Source: Octopus bimaculoides
Taxonomy: Eukaryota
Direction: 5' to 3'
Length of the DNA: 62,298 bases
Assembly: GCF_001194135.2 (NCBI RefSeq)
Contig: NC_068993.1
Location: 13,978,348-14,040,645, forward strand
Positions 50,471-62,298 of the stretch are shown here, one piece after another (position 1 is the stretch's first letter; every line of letters starts with the position of its first letter). The notes beneath the pieces were generated by a model. It had not been told where the DNA came from, did no database searches, and worked only from the letters and a program-made list of their open reading frames with translations. A program made the position numbers and the translations under genes.

Positions 50471-53400
50471 CAGTGAAATTTGTAACTAACAATATTCCAT
50501 CATGAATTGTTAGACATAGTTAAGTTTCTTATATTTATGCTCATACCCTTACACCGTTTAACATGCAATTCGTCCTTCAGAAAGCAAGAAATTCTGGAGC
50601 CTTTCACAATTTGGTATATAATATACAATTTACATGTCACTATTATATATGGAAGTAACCAAATCAACACTGGTCAGAACTACGGTCAGACTGGCATGTA
50701 TTTGCGTACTGTCATTGTGAAAATACTACTCTATCAATACGACCAGTACTTTTACTGGTCCTTATTTCGGCCCCAATACAAAGTAATCTTAAATAACTCA
50801 TAAAGAAAAGAGACATATAATTGATGTTTGTTTCACTATTATATGTTGAAAATTCAAAATGAAATGCTTTAAGAATTGTGTGCGCACAAGCTTCAGGTTC
50901 CTGATCTATTCAAAATATATATCATTTGTTGGAATATATCCACTGCTTATAGAAGGTATGAATGTATTTTGAACCTTTAGTTAATGTGTTTATTGATTCT
51001 TGCTTTATAGTTCTATATTTGTTATATGTAACGCTTTTAGCAAATTTTATTTTGGCAACATTTGCAATAGAATAACACGTAACTGTTATATTTTACTCAA
51101 GCTACTTTACCAGCATCTCAGTTTCAACAACGTAAAGGTTTCGGTAACCTCACAAAAATACATTCTTCTCAACGAAACTCAATTATATTCTCTACAGTAG
51201 TGTATAGAAAATGCGTAAAGTAATGTACTTGTTATGTGAAGGATTACTTTTCCAGTGTCATTTATGCTGATTAATTATTATTTTATGATCTGGGTCTATC
51301 AGAAAAGAAAGACTTATCGGAATAAACATGAGCCACTGTAACTCTATATAGGCACGACTAACTCGAAGTAAGACGACGCTGAGCGAATAATGATGGGATG
51401 CTTTCATAAAAATAGTAGAATTTGAAGACTTTCGCTGTATGTTAAATCGATTATAATCTATTTGCAATGTTATTTGCTTCTTTCGGTTATCACTCTTTCA
51501 GAATTCTCCCATCAATGCCACGCCTCCCGCATGTACATACATACATGAACAAAATACAAATTTACAACTACATATTTACAGATGCGTTTATGCTGAGAAA
51601 AAGTACTTTCACTTACACGATCACCTATGCTACGAACATACCCATTTATATAAAATTATATTAACAATTAGCTGTATATAAAAAACTGAAAATGTCATAC
51701 AGGAAATATGGCTTCATATCCAAGTAAATTAATTTTTGCAATTGTAATTTTATAATGGATTTCAATGAAATATAAGAGAATGTTAAGTATATAAAGAAAG
51801 CTATAAGGTAGATCTATTGGTAGAACTATTCAAACAGAAATAGAAATATAACACACACAAATATATGAATATATGCATGTATATATGCTTATATTTATGT
51901 TTGTCGATGTGTTTGTAAGTATTAACACGCGACTTATAATCGTCTAATAGTATTACATATGCTATACACAAATAAAAAAAGAATAAAACTCCCTATTATG
52001 CTAAATTTGATTTTGAAAATAAATAACACACAGAACATTGAATTATGTGATTCTGACTAAAATTGTTAATGGTGATAAATATGAAACTCTTGCATGCTCA
52101 AGAGAGACACATTTTCTTTTTAAAAAGAAACCAAGAAATGCGTGAAAGAGATTGAAATTTCACATACTTTTTTGAGAAAGGAGACAACGAATGTAATTAT
52201 AAACATTTAAAACCTTAGTTAAATTTACGCTTACAGAATGCCATAGAGTTGGAATTTTGAGGAAAACCCCTACATGACCGATTACTAAAACTGAGCCAAG
52301 TGGAAATAGATAAAGAAACATTGCGTTTCATGTTTCACACAGGAGGACAGGCAGCTAGGACGAACTGTACTTGTTGACGGAACAGGATTTTAACGTGCTG
52401 CAAGTAATCACCAAATGCATGTCATAAAACATAATATATTACGTAACCACAACATATTTGGAAGTTGGGTGGAAAGAACCCAGTATCTTTACATATTTTT
52501 ACATATATTATAGTTATATACAATATATTCTACATTGAAATTTCTGCGGTAAAATTTGAAATAAACAAACAACAATATTCCTATACCAGATCTCAACAAA
52601 TGTAATATATGAAAGTTATTCTGCCAGCCCGGGAATGAATGCCAGAAGCATGGAATGACACCAAGTGTTCTGGCAGTAAAGAAATTCTATGGGAAACATG
52701 ATGGAAATAATGATATAAATTTTGAAATACTCTTCACTTGTGTACATAATTTTTGGGAAATTATAAGAGTAATTAGACTTTGAAACGAATAAAATTAACA
52801 AATGACTATTATTATGAGATGAGGAGAAAGAAGAGTTAGAAGAGGAGGGTCAGAAGATTTCGGGTTGTCTTGCATCGGCTTAGGATGATGCATTATGGAA
52901 AACATATCCGTTGAATCGCAGCAGTACACAACTGCTTTATTTTATTTAAACCAAAATCATCAAAAGTAATTCTAATACCACTTGGTTCTAACTTTAAATT
53001 TCCAGAGCGTGATTGCTTTGAAGTTAAATGATTAAAGAAAGAGCATAAACGTAAATTAAACAATTATGAATGTTTTGGGGGACACATAATGACCAATATG
53101 TATTACAGACAACACCAATAAATTGTTCAAGATGGAACCTGCCCGTCAGCATGAATTACATGAAATTTGTCAAAAATTGAAAACACAATTTTCGTTTAAA
53201 ATCTGCTCTGCATTTATTTCCAACTTGACACACATTATAATAAACAAAAAGCAATATAATTCAACTTCCAAACAACAGATAGTGGGAAACAGCCATATTT
53301 TTCAGTTACCATACACAACTATGAACAGCTAAAGAGAATAAAAATTAGATGGATTTGCATAGAGCCAGGTAGATGTCCTACAATTATTATCGGAATGCGT

Positions 53401-54617
53401 GGAGGGTATTTAACCGATTAAAACTGTATAGCTTCGACTACATTCAGATATCATTTTTCATTGTTAGGTATCATGTTACTATTATCAGGAGAACAGCATT
53501 TTCCATTATTCACAATATTCATTACGCTTTTTTTCTATCAATCTAAAACTCTTGTAGTTGAGAGTTTATGACGCAAAGTTGAGTTATGTTTCGTATTACT
53601 TGGTTGTATATAGGAAAGGAATAGAAAGAGTTGTCATATTGGCAACCGAAAGCAAGATGAATGGCGTCATTGGCGAGCAGCTTGAATAAGTAGATGAACC
53701 CAGAGAATATGATTGTTTCTTACATTCATGAGTAGATGTTTCCATTTTCAATTTGCAAATGTGCCAGTTTTACGTTATACATACCGAGAGAGATAAATTT
53801 GTTGGGCATAATGTAATAGGAAGCAATAATTCAAAACGAGGGTTCGGCTACGAATCAGGTTTGCAATAAGAATAAAATAACTTGAGAAACCAAATTTTTG
53901 AGGCGTGTTCCCAAAACATCAAGGTCCGACATATAGGTAAACGGCTGAGCGTATAGCTACCGTTGTGGACCGGTCAAAATTAATCATCTACGTGACTAGT
54001 GAATAGTAGAAAAGACCAAAAAGAATGATCATTGCTGACTATTATCGATTATCTTAAATCACTTAACCTTTCTCTGTCTTATTATATCTTGTATTATCGT
54101 TACATCCTCCAATTTCTATATCTTCAATGCACATACATACGCGCGCACACACAGACATATATATATACGTGTACACATAACTATTTGTTCATTTTTGACC
54201 TAAGAATATCTCTATTCAGGCGGGTGAGAAAAATATATATGTCATTTTCTTTGTGTAAACCTACAGTTGGTTCCCAATAGGAGGTCAGACCACGGTAGAG
54301 CAATTGCTTATATTAGAAGATACCCATTTAGGAATGGCCGGAAGGAAGCTGTCTATAATTGTGTTTGTAAAGAGAGAAGTGTGAGACGGTTTCAAGGAAA
54401 TATAAAGAGCAAAGACTAACTGGAAGATATTCTTGATGTCTACAATTTATTTTAGTCTTTACCTTTATGTTTAATTAATCTGTGTAGGCGGTTGTGCACT
54501 TTTAAACATACATAGACATAAAAATATATGCATACGCTCATATAGATACAGTTATAAAAAGAGCAGCAGTGATACTATGTATATATTCATGTACATATAC
54601 ACTCACAGGCATATATT

Positions 54618-54654
<37 letters not shown>

Positions 54655-56433
54655 ACATGCGTGTGTGTGTCTAAGTGGGTGCATGTGTGTGTATGTATAT
54701 GTGTGAGTGTAGATATATATATTCATAATTTAAAACGTTATACGTATCATAGTGAATTACATCAAGATATACATCATGCTGCACTTAATCTAAATGGTTA
54801 AAAACATTCAAATCTGCCAGAAAACTAAATCTAAATTCTGCATAAATTCTCTATTTAAAGATCGAGAGTATTTCGCCATTAATCGAATGCAGATTTCTGA
54901 ATATTAAAATTCAACATCAAATGAATTTCAATTGATCAAGTAAAAGTACATAAACTGCGGTTTGTGGAGCACTGGGTCGAGAATGGTTTGCGACAGAGAG
55001 TCCTTAAAAAGTTAATTTGTCATATTGTAACAGTCATTTTAATTATATTTTATCTGTATTTATAGTTTTCGTAAGTTTATTAATCAATACATTTAGTTGT
55101 ATAGCAAAATGCATCTGTTTAAAGAGGGAGAACATAAAACAGTTTGTTAATTGCAAACTACAGCTACATAGGATGAAATCTGGTGTAATAAGTATGTTTA
55201 ACATAGGTTACGGAAATTTATTAACTCTTCCATTTATCAGAGTTTTAGATTATTTGAATATGACATTCCTGGGGAGCCGACAAGATATTTCAAAAAATAT
55301 AATCCAAAAGGAAATATTTATGTCCAAATTGACGTGAATATTGTGCTGGAGCTTCACAGGGGCATTCACCTTGACAGATTTTCTCTGAGACGCATTGCTA
55401 ACAGGTGAAAATCGACGTACTGGGCCTCTGCAGTAACAGATGTCGATACACTTCATACCAGCCGAATCTCACTGCCAATGATATAGAAAATTACGGTGCC
55501 TTTTCAGGCACTGATGTTGCCAATATTCAGCAGGTTTATTAAAGATAATTCTTGGCGGCAGAAGCAATCTTTATATTGAACTTAGCGTGGATGTCTTGTT
55601 AGAATACTGAATAGTGCTGTATTCACCTTGAGACATCACCTACTTGTGACATCAGTTCCCGGAAAGTGACTGTAATTCTGTTCATCATTGGCAATGAGAT
55701 TTAGCTGGTATATGGATAATGGGCATGTGTTCAAGAAAAGACGCAGTAGAACAGAATCACGTGATCTAGCAGTTGCCGTGTATCCGCTAATGATATGAAT
55801 ATGTTCGATTATATGCACCATGCATTATATGCACCATATGAAAATACGTCCTACGCTAAATACCGCATTAGCCATCGTTCTAACAAAGTTACTATACCCC
55901 AAAATAAATTAATAAATAAAATAAAGCGTCAATTACTACTAAAATAATTAGGAAAACATCACTGATGTTTCATTTTTCTCTATGTCTGCTTTACTTTTCT
56001 AGACTCAAGGTGCATAGTACCGATTATATTTGTGCGCTAAAATATATGAAAATAATGCCTTCGTAATAAGCATTATTGAAAATACCCATCAATAATACAC
56101 AAATATCCTGCTTGATAATGCGTCGAACTGCTGTTCGTTTATAAACGTATTTGATGAAACATAATCACATGGAAAAGAGATATATACATTAGAAATGAAT
56201 TACAACCCTCACAACCCTATGACCCCAATAGGCTCCATGTGATTCTTAGAAATTGTAGACTATTCTTAGCCACTCTGCTACAATAGCGACAACATGATTT
56301 TTTCCATCTTATTACTGTGTTAAAATATTTAAGTGAAATTATTTTAACATGTCCTACTAGTTAAAAAAAAAATATTTTGTACAGCTGAAGGTAGCATTGC
56401 GTTTAAATTGATGTAATTATTGCATTGTTCAGA

Positions 56434-56646
56434 AGGCGGTGAGCTGGCAGAGACGTTAGCACACCGGGCGAAATGTTTAGAGGTATTTCGTCTGCCGTTA
56501 CATTCTGAGATCAAATTCCGCCGAGGTTGACTTTGCGTTTAATCCTTTCGGGGTCGATAAATTAAATACCTGTTGCGTAGGGGTGTCGATTTAATCAATT
56601 ATCCCCTCCCCAAAATTTCGGGACTTGCCCCTGGAGTAGAAAAGGT
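56434..56646 (+). mobile_element. Full-length SINE family B with an apparent 11-bp target-site duplication
   Basis: AGGCGGTGAGCTGGCAGAGACGTTAGC...GAGATCAAATTCCGCC...GAGTAGAAAAGG, flanked by TTGCATTGTTC at 56420-56430 and 56647-56657. Confidence 0.9.
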
Positions 56647-56722
56647 TTGCATTGTTCGGTTAAATGGAGCCACATGAAACGGTCATACAGCATTACTAAT
56701 TGATGTCCTGTTGCTTATTTTG

Positions 56723-56758
<36 letters not shown>

Positions 56759-56855
56759 TGTATAATCAAAATAAGCAACATATATATATGTACATATATA
56801 GGTGTGTGTATATATACGTATATATGTATACATATATATAAACATATAGGTGTGC

Positions 56856-56886
<31 letters not shown>

Positions 56887-56896
56887 NNNNNNNNNN

Positions 56897-56934
<38 letters not shown>

Positions 56935-58194
56935 GCACACAAACATTCTGATGCTGATAGATAAACGTTAACAAATACTGGATTCATGCAACTTCTGTCT
57001 TGATCCATATCTTCACAATTTTATCGTTTTTCCCAGCCACTTTAATAGCAAGAAACATAGTAATTATAAGCCCGTCGTATAAAGCTTACATATGGTTAGA
57101 ATATTGACAGTTCTTCGTGTCCTACTGACCTTTTCCTTTCACAAAAATTCTGTTGAAGACTGATTTACGACAAACAAGATAAATAAGAAATATAAAATGC
57201 ATTGTGTACTAAAATATATTTGAAAAAAAATGTATTCAGAGACAGCTGAAGTAGAATTATAGATATTGAGTGCAAATTGAAAACTTCAATATATCTTTAT
57301 ATATATATATATATATATATATATNNNNNNNNNNNNNNNNNNNNNNNNNNNNNNNNNNNNNNNNNNNNNNNNNNNNNNNNNNNNNNNNNNNNNNNNNNNN
57401 NNNNNNNNNNNNNNNNNNNNNNNNNNNNNNNNNNNNNNNNNNNNNNNNNNNNNNNNNNNNNNNNNNNNNNNNNNNNNNNNNNNNNNNNNNNNNNNNNNNN
57501 NNNNNNNNNNNNNNNNNNNNNNNNNNNNNNNNNNNNNNNNNNNNNNNNNNNNNNNNNNNNNNNNNNNNNNNNNNNNNNNNNNNNNNNNNNNNNNNNNNNN
57601 NNNNNNNNNNNNNNNNNNNNNNNNNNNNNNNNNNNNNNNNNNNNNNNNNNNNNNNNNNNNNNNNNNNNNNNNNNNNNNNNNNNNNNNNNNNNNNNNNNNN
57701 NNNNNNNNNNNNNNNNNNNNNNNNNNNNNNNNNNNNNNNNNNNNNNNNNNNNNNNNNNNNNNNNNNNNNNNNNNNNNNNNNNNNNNNNNNNNNNNNNNNN
57801 NNNNNNNNNNNNNNNNNNNNNNNNNNNNNNNNNNNNNNNNNNNNNNNNNNNNNNNNNNNNNNNNNNNNNNNNNNNNNNNNNNNNNNNNNNNNNNNNNNNN
57901 NNNNNNNNNNNNNNNNNNNNNNNNNNNNNNNNNNNNNNNNNNNNNNNNNNNNNNNNNNNNNNNNNNNNNNNNNNNNNNNNNNNNNNNNNNNNNNNNNNNN
58001 NNNNNNNNNNNNNNNNNNNNNNNNNNNNNNNNNNNNNNNNNNNNNNNNNNNNNNNNNNNNNNNNNNNNNNNNNNNNNNNNNNNNNNNNNNNNNNNNNNNN
58101 NNNNNNNNNNNNNNNNNNNNNNNNNNNNNNNNNNNNNNNNNNNNNNNNNNNNNNNNNNNNNNNNNNNNNNNNNNNNNNNNNNNNNNNNNNNNNN

Positions 58195-58247
<53 letters not shown>

Positions 58248-59689
58248 GGTAAGAAAAGGGACGAAATAATGTTCGATTACCCACGTGCAATGATTTGTAA
58301 TGCAAAATATACAAATATATATAAAGATAAAATAAAAGAAGGAAAATACACGCAATTTATACAGCTTTAATATATTCAATATGAAAGAGCATTGTGGTTG
58401 TTGACCGGTTCCGCTTTCGCTAATCATGACATTGAATCTCCAACTAAATTTCACCGTTTCTTTTTATCTGCAGTACAAAGAAACATTTTCGGTGCCAGAA
58501 CGTTTAAAGAACCGACTATGGTCTCAGTATATTTTGTAATACCTGATCAAATAAATATCCGTCACTGAACAAATATCATCTCACTATTTTAGCTTTTGAG
58601 TTACCGTATGCTTATTTATAGCATCACAAAATGTGCAATTAATTCCCTGTCCAGAGTCATAACCAATTACCTCCCCTTAGAATTTTCTATTTGTCGATTC
58701 ATTCACAAACCTCCATACAAGAGAATGGATTAAAAAGTTACGAAAATATGAAATTGCAATAATTTCAATATTATGATTAGCTAAAGCGAAACTGATAGTC
58801 AATCACAATGCTATTTCATTTAAAATATATTTCTATATTTATATATGTATGTATATACATACGTATGTATGTATTTATGTAATATGTATGTATGAATATA
58901 TGTATGTATGTGTGTATGTATACAAACACATATATAATGTCTAATTCTAGAAATATATGTGACAATCTGATAATATTTTTATTTCTGTTATATTGGTATT
59001 TTTATTTATTTAAAAACAAATCCCAAACGGAATCCATTTTAAATTTCTGATTACACAATAGAATATCTTACTATGTTGAACAAAAATGTACCTAATAGCA
59101 TTGGGCAGTCAATATTTTCCGTAATGTGCAAGAAATTTTTTGAAGCATCCGTATTTATTTTGATGTTTCATTTAAATTTTAAAATAGATTAGACTGTCAG
59201 AATGTCTTTACTGAGTTAGCCTCCTCTATGCAGTTTTCTTCTGCTTTATATATCTAGTCAAGCGAATGTTGATAATGCTGATTACAAAAACCAATAAATC
59301 ATATCTACGTCCAAGTAATTTTTATTTCCTAAATTGCTATGTAGATGGATATATATATATATATATANNNNNNNNNNNNNNNNNNNNNNNNNNNNNNNNN
59401 NNNNNNNNNNNNNNNNNNNNNNNNNNNNNNNNNNNNNNNNNNNNNNNNNNNNNNNNNNNNNNNNNNNNNNNNNNNNNNNNNNNNNNNNNNNNNNNNNNNN
59501 NNNNNNNNNNNNNNNNNNNNNNNNNNNNNNNNNNNNNNNNNNNNNNNNNNNNNNNNNNNNNNNNNNNNNNNNNNNNNNNNNNNNNNNNNNNNNNNNNNNN
59601 NNNNNNNNNNNNNNNNNNNNNNNNNNNNNACACACACACACACACACACACACACAATCTTAGAAGACTTAGATATGTTTCGAAAAAAA

Positions 59690-60340
59690 TTGCTCCAGGT
59701 CATGTCCAAATTAATGGTACCACCTGAAAGGATTTGGTAAATTCATTTTAAGTCAAGTTTTGTTGAATCATATCCCATTCAATTAGGGGGTTATTTTTAA
59801 GTTAGTTGTATCCAAGTATAGATGGCTAATCTGGTATCCGTTGAAGAAATTTGTCCAGATTCCGTTTAAAGGGGATGAGATCCTCTACCTCTTTGATCTG
59901 TTTCGGGACAATGTTAAATAGGGCAGGGCCTGATGAGGAAAAAAAATGTGTTGCAGTGTATTTATATGTTGTGATCATGAATTGGAGAAGGGTCGTATGG
60001 CCCATGGTCCTAGCCTTGGATGAATTCTGAAACTAACTTTGAGGTCGTTTGGGTAATGCAGGTGGTATATTGTCCAGATCGTGCAAATGATGTATCGCCT
60101 ACGGCGGCACCGGAGGGAATGGAGCTACAATGCTTTAAGGCAGTCCCAGAAAACGAGATCAGTCATGCTTTTAATTCTTTTAGTGAATACTCTGTGGGGT
60201 GATTCAATTTTCGAAATGTTTTGTTTTGTGTGGGGAGACCACAGGAGCAGAAGCCTTCGTGGAATGATGACACCTTGTTCTCTAGGCTGGAAGGTTCTTA
60301 GGATCGAGGATTGCATCCTGCGTGCTATATCGACCTTACT
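59690..60340 (-). pseudogene. CR1/L2-like LINE, RT C-terminus and 3' end
   Basis: ARRMQSSILRTFQ..LWSPHTKQNISKIESPHRVFTKRIKSMTDLVFWDCLKAL*LHSLRCRRRRYII..HPRLG..SGPALFNIVPKQIK..FKRNLDKFLQRIPD*P; typical CR1-group ORF2 C-terminal pattern with stops. Confidence 0.88.
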
Positions 60341-60505
60341 GTTGGTGTGTTTACTTTCCAGTAGGCTTGCGGCTCGGCAAAAGAGTGCGAGAGAAAAAAG
60401 TACTGGGTTTTTTAAAAAAAGTACTTGGGTACATTTGTTCGACTAAAATCCTTAAAGGCTCTGCTCCAGCATGGCCAAAATCAAATGACTAAAGTAAATA
60501 AAAGG
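60341..60505 (+). mobile_element. SINE family A, 3' half, truncating the LINE
   Basis: GTTGGTGTGTTTAC..CGGCAAAAGAG..TTTGTTCGACTAAAA..GCTCCAGCATGGCC..TCAAATGACTAAAGTAAATAAAAG, homologous to about 8242-8383. Confidence 0.75.
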
Positions 60506-60764
60506 TAACTATTCTTAATTTAGGAAACTTCAGATAAAAATTGTCTTGTGGCAATATACGTCTGGCATCTACGGTTGATATCGTACACGCCATGTGTAAA
60601 ACATTGTGAAGAATGTGGTGTACGTTTTTCATTATGTCTAAAAGAGTTAATGCTTTCTTTCGGAATGTTTGGCGTTTGACGGTATATTATTTGACATTTA
60701 AAGATGGATGATCTGTACGAAGAAAAAGAAAATGCAAAATATAGACTAAATTTGATAATGATGA

Positions 60765-60783
60765 CAGCGAAGATGATGATGAA

Positions 60784-60831
<48 letters not shown>

Positions 60832-60868
60832 GCTGGTGGAGGTGGTGGTGGTGGTGATGATGATGATG

Positions 60869-60915
<47 letters not shown>

Positions 60916-61140
60916 GATGATGATAATGATGATGATGATGACGACGATGACGTTAAGGATGGCGACAGAAATAATGATAATCCTGATATTGCTGTTTGAA
61001 ATTGATAGTGGCGTGAATGAGGAGGGGGGACTCTGATTCTGATGATGATGATGATGATGATGACGACGACGAAGACGAAGACGACGACGATAATATTGTG
61101 GTGATAGTGTTGTTGAAGACTATGAGCTTCAGAATGGTCT

Positions 61141-61171
<31 letters not shown>

Positions 61172-61410
61172 GGATGCATCAATATAAAGATGAGATTAAG
61201 AATGACGATAATGTTGTTGTTATTATTAACGATAATGAAGAGGACAATGGGAAGGATGTTGATGATGATGATGATGTGATGGCGTTAATGACAGTTACGA
61301 TGACGGGGAGAACAGGCCAAGTAATGAGAATAATTCGGGCGATAACATTGATGAGACGATGACAACGACGACAACGACGATGGTGATGATGATAATGATG
61401 GTGATGATGG

Positions 61411-61445
<35 letters not shown>

Positions 61446-61494
61446 GTGGTGATGATGATGATGATGACGATGATGATGATGATGATGGTGGTGG

Positions 61495-61526
<32 letters not shown>

Positions 61527-61575
61527 GTGGTGATGATGATGATGATGATGATGAGGAGGAGGAGGAGGGGGAGGG
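60765..61575. repeat. (GAT)n/(GGT)n/(GAC)n mosaic microsatellite field
   Basis: Direct inspection; gives the poly-M, poly-H and poly-D ORFs. Confidence 0.95.
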
Positions 61576-62298
61576 CTAAACAAACACAAGAATGGCGATG
61601 AGACGCACAATCGTTTTAGTAACGTTTGAGAAAAATGTGAAAAAAATATTAAGATAAAAATGATGGACAGCTTTAAAACTGTCGATGTCCAAGTAAAGGC
61701 GCTGATTGTCGTGTGATTTTTTTTGTTTTTAATTCTCGTATAAGCAGTTTTTTTTGCTATGATATTTTATTTAAATATATTTATTCTTTACAAACGAATC
61801 ATTGGCTAGTAACCTTATCTCCTTTACCACCCATCGACATCGTGGCATATATTTTAATGTTAAGTAGAATCGTATCCCGAAGAATATAATCTGAGACTTA
61901 TGGATACTAAGAGCCAAAGTGACAGCAATACCACTTCTACGAAACGATGACATAGAATCTACCCGCAAAAGTTCTTCGTTTAACTATCTTATTAAGGTCA
62001 CGACCTCCTCACCCAGTTCAAGTGCAGGAAGTCTAAATGAGAGCAATGGTGTTGGTTGTAGAGGAAAATGCATGCACACACAAACACCCACACGCACGCA
62101 TCATGCACGCACGCACGCACGCACGCACGCACACACGCACGCACGCACACTCAAACAGAGAATGCACACAGACACACATTCACACATACACACACATAAC
62201 AGTTGATGGACAGATATATATATACACACAGAGACACATATATAAATATATATATGAATATATATTTAAAATATACATACATGCAATATATATGTATG

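Noticed and set aside
59925-59945. CTGATGA...GAAA hammerhead-like string
   Set aside because: It lies antisense within LINE coding sequence (SSGP) and has no flanking stems.
60704-61610. Poly-His, poly-Met and poly-Asp ORFs
   Set aside because: Translations of (GAT)n microsatellite.
61771-62206. 95-aa and 65-aa ORFs near the window end
   Set aside because: No recognisable domain; the plus-strand ORF lacks an ATG start and runs into (CACG)n/(CA)n repeat.

Overview
Eukaryotic, very AT-rich, repeat-dense draft-assembly DNA with about 20 N-gaps, nearly all abutting microsatellites. The interspersed repeats resemble families I recall from octopus/cephalopod genomes; this is an inference from memory, not a search result. 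I find no intact protein-coding gene, true tRNA/rRNA or CRISPR array. Almost all long ORFs in the supplied track are artefacts of N-runs or simple repeats. Supported content: (i) decayed retroelement fragments, namely a Penelope-like (PLE) reverse transcriptase at 22.85-24.0 kb, a head-to-head inverted pair of PLE GIY-YIG C-terminal/3' ends at 5.7-6.3 kb, an RLE-type (R4/Dong-like) LINE end at 26.3-26.8 kb and a CR1/L2-like LINE end at 59.7-60.3 kb; (ii) about 20 copies or fragments of three tRNA-derived SINE-like families (A, B, C here); (iii) a possible non-autonomous Helitron-like element; (iv) minisatellites of 79, 57 and 14 bp, a mosaic GAT/GACT satellite and many microsatellites; (v) two short near-perfect palindromes. 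I see no convincing evidence of a novel multi-gene system. The features most worth a second look are the inverted PLE pair with a tRNA-like module in both arms, the hairpin abutting a SINE head, and a hammerhead-like relic.
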